Positions 29,682 to 39,125 of a DNA stretch of 64,000 bases are shown here, in pieces. The stretch comes from Planctomycetota bacterium (GTDB lineage: Bacteria; Planctomycetota; UBA1135; UBA2386), in the NCBI GenBank assembly GCA_965223545.1, contig OZ245006.1, positions 4,800,001 through 4,864,000 of the forward strand. Reading direction: 5' to 3'. Each line of letters begins with the position of its first letter. The first letter of the stretch is position 1. The notes under the pieces are model-generated. The model did no database searches. It was given only the letters and a program-made list of their open reading frames with translations, and had not been told where the DNA came from. The position numbers and the translations under genes were made by a program.

Positions 29682-29712
29682 GTTTCAGGTCAGGCTCCGT
29701 TTCATCACCTTG

Positions 29713-30930
29713 CTAGCCGCCGGATCCAAGCAGTTCGGTCAGCGCCGCCGCCAACTCCTCGTACTGGGAGAGGTCGTTGTACAGCTGCGCCGAAATGCGC
29801 AACGCCAGCCGCGGTGGCGCGGGCCACGGAAACACCGGCACCTGGATGCCGAAGTGCTTGGTCAGCGCGTGCCCCAGGGGCTCGACGTGCTGCCAGCTCC
29901 GCGGCCTGCTCGCGGTCGCGCCCGGCAACGGCAGGGTCGCCAGCGAGCCGATCAGCGCCTCTGGCGCCGGCGGCTCGATCTCGAGCGCGGCACAGAGGTG
30001 CGCGCGCGCCGCGAGCGCCAGCGCGCGGTTCTGAGCCCGCACCGCTGGCCAACCGCCGGGCAACAGACCGCCGATGCAGTCGATCGCATCGGGGACCGTC
30101 AGATACGCAGTGGGGTCGTGCGTGCCGGTCCAGTCGAACTCGGCGAGGAAGCGCGACCGGTCCGTCCGCTTGCCGCTGGCGCCGTGGCTGATCACGGTCG
30201 GTCGGACCTGCGCCTGCAGGTCACGCCGCACCCAGAGAAAGCCCGCCCCCTTGGGCGCGCAGATCCACTTGTGGCAGTTGCCGGTGTAGTAGGCGGCTCC
30301 CAGCGCGCGAAGGTCGAGCGCCAGCATGCCCGGGGCGTGCGCCCCGTCGACGAGTGTCTCGACGCCGCGCTCGCGCAACTCGCCGATCAGGATCTCCAGC
30401 GGCAAGACCAGCGCCGTCGGACTGGTGACGTGGTCGAGCAGCGCGAGTCGCGTCCGCTCGTTTGTCGCGGCGAGCACGACGTCGACGATCTCACCTGGGT
30501 CGCGGACTGGAAACGGCAGATCGACCACCGTGATCGTGGCGTCGTGCCGCGCCGCCACCTGGTCGAGCGCGTTGCGACACGCGTTGTAGGCATGGTTGGT
30601 GACCAGCAGGTCGTCGCCGGTCGACAACGGCATCGACTGCAGCACCGCGTTGACGCCCGTCGTGGCGTTGGCGACGAACGCGATGTCTTCGGCGTCGGCG
30701 CCGACGAAGTCGGCCAGCTTCCCGCGTGCTCGATCCAGCGCGGGCTCGAGCGTGTGCAGCATGAAGTGGACCGGCTCGCGCTCGAGCTCGTCACGCCAGC
30801 GCTGCTGCGCGTCGAGCACCTCGCGCGGACACGCACCGAACGAGCCGTGATTGAGGAACGTCACCTCGGGATCGAGGCTCCACAGGCGGCGCAGCCGCGC
30901 CGTCGTCGCGGGATCGAGCAGTGATGTCAC
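29713..30930 (-). CDS. Aminotransferase class V PLP enzyme (isopenicillin N epimerase / cysteine lyase-like)
   Basis: FLNHGSFGACP, NATTGVN, DHVTSPT, VDGAHAPG, GNCHKW. Confidence 0.9.
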   Translation of the reverse strand: MTSLLDPATTARLRRLWSLDPEVTFLNHGSFGACPREVLDAQQRWRDELEREPVHFMLHTLEPALDRARGKLADFVGADAEDIAFVANATTGVNAVLQSMPLSTGDDLLVTNHAYNACRNALDQVAARHDATITVVDLPFPVRDPGEIVDVVLAATNERTRLALLDHVTSPTALVLPLEILIGELRERGVETLVDGAHAPGMLALDLRALGAAYYTGNCHKWICAPKGAGFLWVRRDLQAQVRPTVISHGASGKRTDRSRFLAEFDWTGTHDPTAYLTVPDAIDCIGGLLPGGWPAVRAQNRALALAARAHLCAALEIEPPAPEALIGSLATLPLPGATASRPRSWQHVEPLGHALTKHFGIQVPVFPWPAPPRLALRISAQLYNDLSQYEELAAALTELLGSGG

Positions 30931-31013
30931 CGCCGCATGTTAGCCACGCGCGGCGGGCGTCCACTGCTGCGTTGTCGTCGCACCGCGGAGGCCGAAACAG
31001 CGATTGCGAAGCG

Positions 31014-32213
31014 TCAGAAGCTGACGACTTCGAGGACCGGGCTCGAGAGCTGGAGCGACAGCCGTCGCTCGACAAATTGACTCGCCACCGGTAGCCCGGC
31101 CAGAGCAGGGTTGTTGGGCACTGGGATCGAGGCCAACAAGCCGCTGACGACGACCGGCACCGGCCGCACGGACGGATCGAGAAAGAGCACGCCGAAACCC
31201 GGCACCGTGGTCGGATTGGCTGCGGCGAGCCCCACCAGCAGCGTTGCGTAGGAGCGGTTGACCGCGAACGTCCAGGTCTGACCGAGACGCGGCGGCGTGA
31301 TGGTGCGCATGTCGACCGGCACCTGGATCAGGGTGCCGACGACCGGAGGCCCGTCGGGCTGCGAGCCCATGATCTGGCCGAGCTCGTAATGGGTCCCGCC
31401 TCGGCCGCCCTGGATGGTGCCGCCGACTTGGTACACCGGCGACGCTTGGATGCCGGGGCCGCCGTGGCCGCGCAGGTTCGGGCAGGGGCAGAGGGGCCAC
31501 CAGCCGACGACCTGCGAGAAGAAGTCGCTGCCCGCGCCACCGAGGACAACGGAATCGACCGCGGTCACCGCCGCCTGCGTCACGATGCCCGGTGGCCCGT
31601 CCACGGGGGCCACCTGCGAGTCGTAGAGGAGTGATGGGGAGCCCTGCACGAAGCACCGCGTCAAGTGCACGGCGGTTGAGTCGAGAGCGATCGCCGGCTC
31701 CCCGAAAGCGGTGCCGTTGATCGTGCCGAAATCGGGGGCGCGCACCACGCAGTCGACCAGGCGGACCGTTGTGAATCCATCACCGCCGATGCCGTGGCCG
31801 GCGAAGTTGGTCAGGCCACCCACGATGCCGCTGATCGAGCATCCGGACAGGGTGAGGGTGTCGCTGCCGGAGCCGTCGAGGTCGATCCCGTTGGCGCCCC
31901 GCGAGCTGCCCGGAGTCGTGGTCTGCAGTGCCGTATGCGGCACGAAGATCGAGAAGCGGGGAGCGCCCAGGATCGTCACCGAGCGGCGCACGGTCACGTT
32001 GCCGTAAGTACCTCCCTGGACATGCACCACGCCGCCCGCTGGGGCGGCGTCGATGGCAGCCTGCAGGTCGGTGAACTGGCCGGACCCCGACGGGTTGACG
32101 GTGATCTGGGCGGCGAGAGGCGTGGCGAGCGCCCAGGCCAGGGCGCGGAGACAAGCTTGGGGGTCGATCAACACGTTCGTGGTCCTTCTGGAACTGGTGG
32201 GCGGTCGTGACAC
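31014..32213 (-). CDS. Secreted hypothetical protein (beta-helix-like N-terminus + shared C-terminal module); start uncertain
   Basis: ALATPLAAQ signal; FTDLQAAIDAAPAG..V.V.GGTY; paralog of 61586..62761. Confidence 0.7.
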   Translation of the reverse strand: MSRPPTSSRRTTNVLIDPQACLRALAWALATPLAAQITVNPSGSGQFTDLQAAIDAAPAGGVVHVQGGTYGNVTVRRSVTILGAPRFSIFVPHTALQTTTPGSSRGANGIDLDGSGSDTLTLSGCSISGIVGGLTNFAGHGIGGDGFTTVRLVDCVVRAPDFGTINGTAFGEPAIALDSTAVHLTRCFVQGSPSLLYDSQVAPVDGPPGIVTQAAVTAVDSVVLGGAGSDFFSQVVGWWPLCPCPNLRGHGGPGIQASPVYQVGGTIQGGRGGTHYELGQIMGSQPDGPPVVGTLIQVPVDMRTITPPRLGQTWTFAVNRSYATLLVGLAAANPTTVPGFGVLFLDPSVRPVPVVVSGLLASIPVPNNPALAGLPVASQFVERRLSLQLSSPVLEVVSF

Positions 32214-32323
32214 CGCGGTTTCTCACCCGAACCGAGACGATAGCACATTCGAGATCGGTCGTTGCCTGGCCTGAAACGCGCCGCAACCGGACAATCACAG
32301 GAATCTGAAGGCACGCGGTTCCG

Positions 32324-33080
32324 TCACCGAGCGACGGTGATCATCCGCGTGCTCTGCTCGTCGAACACCTCGCCGTCGCCGCCGAAGCCCGCGACGCTGT
32401 CGAAGCCGGCGGCGAGCAGCCAATCGCGAAGCTCGGTGAAGGTGAAGTGACGCATGGAGAACTCGCTCCACCGGCGGTCCGCGCCGCGCGCGATCAGCCG
32501 CCGGTGCCACGTGCGCTCGGTGAGCGGGTCGAATCGGTTGAAGTCGAGCATCACGGCGCCGTCGCGTTCCACCGCCGTGTGCGGCTCGAACTGTTCGAGC
32601 AAGCGGGAGCGGTTGAGCACCTCGAGCAGCAAGCGGCCGCCGTCGCGCAGCGCCCGCCGCACGCGGTGCAAGATGTCGCGCAGCACGTCGTCCTCGAAGA
32701 GGCCGAACGTCGTGAACCAGCACACCACGGCGTCGAACTGTTCGGGTGTGTCGAGTTGCCGCATGTCGCCGCGGCGCCAGTCGACTTGGACCGCGGCCCC
32801 GCGCCCGCTCGGCGGCCAAGGCGAGCAGCTCTTCGCTCTGGTCCATGCCGCTCACCGAGGCGCCGCCGCGCGCCAGCTCGATCGCCACGCGGCCGTAGCC
32901 GCAACCCAGGTCGAGCACCGATTCGCCAGGGCGTAGACCGAGCAAGTGGGCAATCAGCGCGGCGTCGTCGCGGCTATCCTCCGGGCTCACCCGCGCGGCG
33001 TCGAAGAACGCGTAGTCGGCGTCGAAGAGCCGGTCGAGCTGCGGTGTGCCGCGATCCTCGTCGCCGGCCGGGTCGCTCAC
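32324..33080 (-). CDS. Class I SAM-dependent methyltransferase (frameshift near 32790-32800)
   Basis: VLDLGCGYGR in one frame; VDWRRGDMR..FDAVVCWFTTFG..LRDGGRLLLE in another. Span is 757 nt. Confidence 0.8.
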
Positions 33081-33577
33081 ACGCGCACTCCCGCCGCGCG
33101 ACACCGTTCGACCAAGAATGCGCACGCGTCCGGTGGTGCGGCCGGCGCCGGAAAGAAGACGCTCGCCATCGAGACGATCTCCAGCAGCCAGACGTCGGAG
33201 TAGCGCCACAGCCGCCTGAACTCGCCCCAGTGATAGCGGCTGGTGGCGTGGTCGAGCTCGATGTGGATCGCCTCGTCATCGAGGCGATAGCACACCTCCA
33301 TACTCGGCGACTGCTTGACCCACAGCTGGTAGGTGCGCTCGACCCCGCCGCGAAACGCCGCCAGCAGCCGCGCGCTGACGATGCCGAGGCCGGCCGCCAT
33401 GATCGTCATCGCCAACAGCGTGGGGCGATTGTCCATGACCACGATCACCACGACCGCGAAGGTGGCGATCAACACCGCGAACATCAGCGCCGCGCGCCAG
33501 ATGAAGTCCCGGCGCAGCCCGGCGGCGATGAAGTCCCGGTCGAAGCGAAAGCGGATCTCGTGCACGGACCGCATCAT
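33077..33577 (-). CDS. YcxB-like membrane protein
   Basis: Two TMs followed by a ..SRYHWGEF.. soluble domain. Confidence 0.6.
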   Translation of the reverse strand: MMRSVHEIRFRFDRDFIAAGLRRDFIWRAALMFAVLIATFAVVVIVVMDNRPTLLAMTIMAAGLGIVSARLLAAFRGGVERTYQLWVKQSPSMEVCYRLDDEAIHIELDHATSRYHWGEFRRLWRYSDVWLLEIVSMASVFFPAPAAPPDACAFLVERCRAAGVRV

Positions 33578-33659
33578 AGGCAAGAGCCCGGCTGCCCGCC
33601 GGCCTCCGCAAAACCGATGGCGGACTTGTGGTTTGTCCGTCCGCGGGTACGCAGGAGCC

Positions 33660-34982
33660 ATGCGCAGCACGGCACGGGTGGTCTGGGTTTCGCTGGCGGC
33701 TTGGGCGCTGGCGAGCGGCGGTTTCGGCCAGCAGCACTTCGACGCGTCGGACTTCGAAGTCTTGTTCGACGGTGCGTCGCTGGACGGTTGGGTGACGACC
33801 GGCGGCCGCTACGACGGCCAGGCGGTGTGGTCGGTCGAGGATGGTGCCATCGTCGGGCGACAGGGCCCGGACGGCGAGGGTGGCCTGCTCTACACGGAGC
33901 GCGCCTACGCGAACTTCATCTTCGTCTGCGACGTCTGGCTCACCTATCCGTTCGACTCGGGCGTGTTCGTGCGCATGGTGCCGCGCGGAGGCGGCAAGGG
34001 CGCGCAGATCACGCTCGACTATCGCGACGACGGCGAGGTCGGCGCGGTGTACTCCGACGGCTTTCTGCAGCACAACGAGGCGGCCAAGGCGCTGTTTCGG
34101 CGCGACGCCTGGAATCGCGTCGAAGTGCGCTGCGTGGGTTCGGATCTGCGCTTGCAGGCGTGGTTGAACGGGGAGCAGATCACCGATTTCGCGCTCCCCG
34201 AGGCCGGCGACGAGTACGCGCCGCGGGGCTTGATCGGCATCCAGGTGCACGGCGGCGGCGGCGAGGACCCCAAGGCCGGCATGGCCAAGTTTCGCAACCT
34301 GGCGATCCGGCCGCTGCCGGACTTCGATCCGTCCCTGTTCCGTTGTGACGACGAGGGCGCGCTGACGCCGACCGAGGCCGCGATCGGCGCCGGGTGGCGG
34401 CCGCTGTTCGACCCGGAGCAACCGTTCGAATGGGAGCCGGTCGGCGAGCCGCGTGGTTTCGCCATCGACGGCGACCAGCTCGCGTTCACCGGCTCGTCCG
34501 GCTACCTGCGCACGCGCAAGGACTACCGGGACTTCGAGCTGCGGATGGACTTCAAGCTCGCGCGCATGGCCAACAGCGGCCTGTTCTTGCGCGGTGACCG
34601 CAAGGGAGGCGACGCGGCGCAGAGTGGCTGTGAGGTGCAGATCCTCGACGATTTCAACTGGGAAGCGGAGACCGGCTCCGAGCTCAAACCCTGGCAGTTC
34701 ACCGGCTCGCTCTACCACTCGGTGGCGCCCGGGGTGCGAGCGCTGCATCCGATCGGCAGCTGGAACACTTACGACGTGCGCTTCGTCGGCTCGCGCCTTG
34801 CCGTCCGGCTCAACGGCCAATTGCTGTATGACGTCGACACCGAGACGGTGCCGACGCACGGCTGGCCGCCGTTCGCCGAGCGCGCTCCGCGCGGCTTCAT
34901 CGGCCTGCAGCGGCACGCGCACGGTGGCGGAGCGGAGCACCCCTACGTCTGGTTCCGCAACCTCTTCATTCGCGAGCTGTAG
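33660..34982 (+). CDS. Tandem DUF1080 domain protein
   Basis: LFDGASLDGW, DSGVF, GLIGIQVH; second copy NSGLF, EVQILDD, GFIGLQRH, FRNLFIREL; RBS AGGAG. Confidence 0.88.
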   Translation: MRSTARVVWVSLAAWALASGGFGQQHFDASDFEVLFDGASLDGWVTTGGRYDGQAVWSVEDGAIVGRQGPDGEGGLLYTERAYANFIFVCDVWLTYPFDSGVFVRMVPRGGGKGAQITLDYRDDGEVGAVYSDGFLQHNEAAKALFRRDAWNRVEVRCVGSDLRLQAWLNGEQITDFALPEAGDEYAPRGLIGIQVHGGGGEDPKAGMAKFRNLAIRPLPDFDPSLFRCDDEGALTPTEAAIGAGWRPLFDPEQPFEWEPVGEPRGFAIDGDQLAFTGSSGYLRTRKDYRDFELRMDFKLARMANSGLFLRGDRKGGDAAQSGCEVQILDDFNWEAETGSELKPWQFTGSLYHSVAPGVRALHPIGSWNTYDVRFVGSRLAVRLNGQLLYDVDTETVPTHGWPPFAERAPRGFIGLQRHAHGGGAEHPYVWFRNLFIREL

Positions 34983-35436
34983 CTTCCGCCGCCGGCGGTT
35001 CGCGGTGGTCGCGCTCGGGCAGCGCTTCGAGCGTGTAGGCCGCCAGGCGTTTTCGCCAGTGGGGCGGGATCGGTTGCTTGCTCATGTGATCGAGATCGAC
35101 CGAGACGGTGGTGATCGCCGCCCGGCAGGCCAGCTCGCCGCTGGCGAGCGTCATCCAGAAGCCGAGCTTCACCGAGGTCGTGCCCAGCCGCAGCACGCCG
35201 AGCGCGATCTGCGGCTCGTCGCCGTAGCGGATCGGCCGAAAGAAGTCGGCTTGGATGTTGATGGCCGGCAAGCCAAAGCGCTCTTCGTCGATGACCGCGG
35301 GGTAGCTCTTGCCGAGTCCGTCGGCCCACCAGTCCTCGAAGGCGCAGTGGAAGTAGTGCAGGAGGGACGGGTAGTAGGCGATGCCGGCGTGGTCGATGTC
35401 GCCGAATCGGTAGCGGTAGCGCTTGCGGAAGATCAT
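34966..35436 (-). CDS. Acyl-CoA thioesterase (4HBT/hotdog fold)
   Basis: RFGDIDHAGIAYY, ADFFRPIRYGD, PIP..W. Confidence 0.88.
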   Translation of the reverse strand: MIFRKRYRYRFGDIDHAGIAYYPSLLHYFHCAFEDWWADGLGKSYPAVIDEERFGLPAINIQADFFRPIRYGDEPQIALGVLRLGTTSVKLGFWMTLASGELACRAAITTVSVDLDHMSKQPIPPHWRKRLAAYTLEALPERDHREPPAAEATARE

Positions 35437-35625
35437 GGATCGCTGTGGGCCAGTTGCGGAGCCGGCAGATCTTCGCATGGGTCGGGGGTCGCGGTCAGCT
35501 CCGGCCAGTGACGCGGCCGGCCCGATCCGACGCCGGTTCAACTCCGGCCCCCGCGTTGGCCGATCTTGGAGAGTGTCGGTTCTCGCCACAGTCGGCGCCC
35601 GGCACTGCCTCCCCCTCCGCCAAGC

Positions 35626-37212
35626 ATGCAGTCCCGTTCCGCAGTCTGGTTGTTCGCCGTGCTGCTGGCCACGTTCGTGGTCTATGCGCCGTCGCTGACC
35701 AACGACTTCACTTGGGACGATCGGTGGGCGGCGATGGGCGACAACGGCAAGGCGACGCACCCGCTGGTGGCGGAGCTGCGGCCTTTGCGCGAGTACTTCG
35801 AGAACCACTACTGGCCGCACCGGACGCCGGTGTCGTACACCTATCGGCCGGTGACGACGCTCAGCTTCGCGCTGCGCCACGCCCTTGTCGGTGACGATCC
35901 GGTGGTCGCGCACCTGCTCAACGTGCTGCTGCACGTCGGTTGTGCGCTGCTGTTGTTCGTCGCGTTGCGGCGGTTGTCGTTGTCGGCGGGGGCGGCGTGT
36001 TTCGGCACCGCGGTGTTCGGTCTGCATGCCCTGCACAGCGAGGCGGTCGCCAACCTCGTCGGGCGGGCCGAGCTGCTCGGTTTCGGTTTCGGCATGGCTG
36101 CCACGCTCGTGCTCGAGACGGCACTGCAGCTCCGCGGCGGGGCGCGGGCGTGGCGCGCGGTGCTCGCTGCGGTGCTGTTCGCGGTGGCGTTCTTCTCCAA
36201 GGAGAGCGCGCTCGCGTGGGTCGGGTTCGCGCCGCTGTTCGCTTGGGCGGCGCGGGTGCGGCGGCGCCAGCGCGGCGTCGGCCGGTGGCAAGAGGTGGTC
36301 GGAGTGATGGCGGTGACGTTGCTGCCCGCGCTCGTCTACCTGGCCTTGCGCGTGCACGCGCAGGCGCGGATGCCCGGCGTCGTCGATCCCTCGATCGGCT
36401 TCTTGGAGAACCCTCTGCTCGACGCCGATGCCGCCTCGCGCGTGCTCACCGGGTTGCTGACTTGGGGCTACGGCCTGTGGTTGGTGGTGGCGCCGTTCGG
36501 GTTGGCCGCGGACTACGGCCCGGCGATGCTGCCGGTGGTGTCGGGTTGGCAGGACGGGTGGGCCATCGTGTCGGTGACGGTCGGGCTCTTGGTGGGCGTG
36601 GCGGTGATTGCCGCGTTGTGGAATGCGCGCCGCGCACCCCTCGCCCTTCTCGCCGTGGCGGCGTTTTGCGGATTCAGCTTCATCGTCACCAACATCCCGT
36701 TCCCGGTCTTCATGATGTTCGCCGAGCGCACCTACTTCATGCCGAGCATGGCGGTGGCGTTCGCGGTCGCCGCGATCGCCGACATGCTCGAGCGGCGGCG
36801 GAGGTCACCGTGGCGGCCCATCGCCGCCGGTGTGTGCGCGGCCTGGCTCGCGGCGTCTGCGTTGCACGCCGGGCAGCGGTGCACGGTGTGGAAGGACGAC
36901 GAGACCTTGGTGCGGCGCGAAGTCCTGCGCCACCCCGAGTCGGTGCGCATGCAGTTGTGTGCCGGCGCGCTTTGGTGGGATCGCGGAGACGCGACCGGTG
37001 CGCGCCGCTACTTCGAGGCGGCGGCCCGCCTCGATCCGGACTCGGCCGACGCGTGGTGCGAGGTAGCCCGCGCGTGCGTCGAGCAAGGCGATCACCAGGC
37101 CGCCGCGCGTGCTCTGCAGCAGGCCCGCGCTGGGCGTCCCCGCGAGGCGATGGCGCGCCGGGCGGAGATCGACGCGTTGGCGGCCCGCCTCGAGGCGGCG
37201 TCACCCCGGTAG
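35626..37212 (+). CDS. TMTC-like GT-C glycosyltransferase with C-terminal TPR
   Basis: FTWDD, YRPVTTLSF, HLLNVLLH, HSEAVANLVGRAELL, SKES, ENPL, AERTYF, TPR-like tail. Confidence 0.8.
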   Translation: MQSRSAVWLFAVLLATFVVYAPSLTNDFTWDDRWAAMGDNGKATHPLVAELRPLREYFENHYWPHRTPVSYTYRPVTTLSFALRHALVGDDPVVAHLLNVLLHVGCALLLFVALRRLSLSAGAACFGTAVFGLHALHSEAVANLVGRAELLGFGFGMAATLVLETALQLRGGARAWRAVLAAVLFAVAFFSKESALAWVGFAPLFAWAARVRRRQRGVGRWQEVVGVMAVTLLPALVYLALRVHAQARMPGVVDPSIGFLENPLLDADAASRVLTGLLTWGYGLWLVVAPFGLAADYGPAMLPVVSGWQDGWAIVSVTVGLLVGVAVIAALWNARRAPLALLAVAAFCGFSFIVTNIPFPVFMMFAERTYFMPSMAVAFAVAAIADMLERRRRSPWRPIAAGVCAAWLAASALHAGQRCTVWKDDETLVRREVLRHPESVRMQLCAGALWWDRGDATGARRYFEAAARLDPDSADAWCEVARACVEQGDHQAAARALQQARAGRPREAMARRAEIDALAARLEAASPR

Positions 37213-37222
37213 CGCGCCGTCG

Positions 37223-38494
37223 TCAGGGCTTGCGCAGTAGCGCGATCCGGTTGCTGTTGGTGCCCTTGCGGTTGTTGTCGACGCCCCAGCAGTTGGCGGT
37301 CTTGGTGAACTCCTGAGCGTTGATCAGCACCAGTACCGGTTCCAGCCCCGCCTCGACCGCGATCGGCAGGACCGTCTCCTCGAGACGGATCTTGCCGTTG
37401 CGAACTTCGCCCACCTCGAACGCGACGTGGCCGCCCGGCGACAGCACACGCGCCAGCTCGACGAAGACGGCCGCCATCGCTGCGCGCCAGCGGTCCAGCG
37501 CGCCGTAGATCGGAATGCCGACCTCGGCGGCATCGATGCCGCAGAACCAGCAGCGCAGCCAGTTGTCGTTCGCGTACTGGACGATGTCGAGAAACGGCGG
37601 CGAAGTCACGACCAGCTGCACCGAGCCGTCGGCTTGTTGTGGCGTCGAAGTGCAGTCGCCGGTCCACAGCCTGGCTTGCGGTCCGCGGCGGCGGAGGCAG
37701 GCGCGCTCCTCGGCGGTGCAACGGTTCAGCAAGGTCTTGGTCTTGCGCGCGATCAGTGCCGGCACCGACCTTCGCGGTGGAACTTGCTGGCGCTTGGCGT
37801 TGATCTTGCGCTGGGACGCGACCGACGTCGCCTGGTTGGGCGGCAGGGTGTAGACCGAGAAGAAGCCCCCCGAGTGCCCGGTCAGCCGATTGAGCGCGAC
37901 CATGCGCACCCAGGCGTCGACGTCGTCGAGGGTCCCGTCGGCTTCGCGCTGCAGCAGGATCGCGCGCAGGTTGACGATCTCGGTCAGCGTCTCCGGGTGG
38001 AAGAACACCAGCAGGTCGTCCGGGTGCTCGGCCCGTCCGGTCAACGTGTACTCGGCCAAGCGTCGCTCGACCTGGGCCAGCGACGGCGGGGCCAGGCGTG
38101 GCGCGGCCATGATCCTGCTCAGCGGGTTGATGTCGATGCCGCGAGGGCGCCGGTCGAGCAGAGCGGTTTCGAGCACCGTCGTGCCGCGACCCATGAACGG
38201 GTCGAAGACGACGTCGCCGGGTCGGGTCAGGCGTTCGATGAAGAAGCGCGGCAGCTGCGGCTTGAAGCAGGCGCGGTAGGAGATCTCGTGCAGGCTGCAG
38301 GCCGCGCGCTGCTTGGCGGTCCAGAACTCGTTGGTGTAGACGGCGGTCGGCGGTGCTCCTTCGACCGCCAGCTGCTCGGCCCGCGTCGTCGAGCCGAACT
38401 CGTCGAAGCGCAGGAGCTCGGTCCGCAGCGCGTCGGTGGCGTCTCTCGCTCGTGCGCGGCCCCGCGGTCGCTCGGGAAACGGCAGCAGCTGCAT
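37223..38494 (-). CDS. Orphan amino-DNA methyltransferase
   Basis: VFDPFMGRGTT (motif I) precedes VTSPPF (motif IV); HEISYRACFKPQLP N-terminal block. Confidence 0.82.
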   Translation of the reverse strand: MQLLPFPERPRGRARARDATDALRTELLRFDEFGSTTRAEQLAVEGAPPTAVYTNEFWTAKQRAACSLHEISYRACFKPQLPRFFIERLTRPGDVVFDPFMGRGTTVLETALLDRRPRGIDINPLSRIMAAPRLAPPSLAQVERRLAEYTLTGRAEHPDDLLVFFHPETLTEIVNLRAILLQREADGTLDDVDAWVRMVALNRLTGHSGGFFSVYTLPPNQATSVASQRKINAKRQQVPPRRSVPALIARKTKTLLNRCTAEERACLRRRGPQARLWTGDCTSTPQQADGSVQLVVTSPPFLDIVQYANDNWLRCWFCGIDAAEVGIPIYGALDRWRAAMAAVFVELARVLSPGGHVAFEVGEVRNGKIRLEETVLPIAVEAGLEPVLVLINAQEFTKTANCWGVDNNRKGTNSNRIALLRKP

Positions 38495-38560
38495 GCTCAC
38501 ACGTTCTCGCCGGCGGACGCGCATTGCAACTCTCCGTGTGCGGCGGCTACTTTGCTGGCC

Positions 38561-39022
38561 GTGTCGCGCAAGGTCGTGTTCCGCGCCAACGTCGGCGCCG
38601 TGTTGGTCGATCGGCGCGGGCTGGTGTTGGCCCTCGAACGCGCGGATGTGCCGGGCGCGTGGCAGCTGCCGCAGGGCGGACTCGACCCCGGCGAAGAAGC
38701 GGTGGACGGGGCTCTGCGCGAGCTGGCGGAGGAGACCGGCATCGACCCGCGCGCGGTGCGCTTGCTCGACGAGTATCCCGACTGGCTGGTCTACGAGCTT
38801 CCCGAGGAGCTGCGCAACGACAAGATCGGCCGCGGACAAGCGCAGCGTTGGTTCTTGTTCGCCTGGCGCGGCGATGCCGAGATTCCGCTGGAGCGTGCGG
38901 TGGACCGGGAGTTTCGCGCCTACCGCTGGATGCCGCTGGCGGAGCTCGCCGAGAGCACAATGGAATTTCGCCGGCCGATCTACCGGCGCCTCGCCGAGCG
39001 GTTTGCGCCGCACCTGGCTTGA
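38561..39022 (+). CDS. rppH: RNA pyrophosphohydrolase-like NUDIX hydrolase
   Basis: FRANVG, WQLPQGGLDPGE...ALRELAEETGI, W..Y.LP, GQAQRWF, EF..Y.W. Confidence 0.8.
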   Translation: MSRKVVFRANVGAVLVDRRGLVLALERADVPGAWQLPQGGLDPGEEAVDGALRELAEETGIDPRAVRLLDEYPDWLVYELPEELRNDKIGRGQAQRWFLFAWRGDAEIPLERAVDREFRAYRWMPLAELAESTMEFRRPIYRRLAERFAPHLA

Positions 39023-39125
39023 GGTCGACCGAGCCAGACGTGCCGGAATGACAGAATGACAAATCGCGTAACGTCGGACTGATCGGCGCGTCCCTTCCGT
39101 GGCCCCCCGAGTGATAGAGATCCGC

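Larger units (their letters stand above)
28049..29693 (+). mobile_element. IS110-family element, copy 2
   Basis: Same sequence as copy 1 at +1818; right flank GCTCCGTTTCATCACC. Confidence 0.93.

Noticed and set aside
37223..39022. Restriction-modification or other defence system
   Set aside because: No endonuclease, specificity subunit or other defence gene is recognisable near the methyltransferase.
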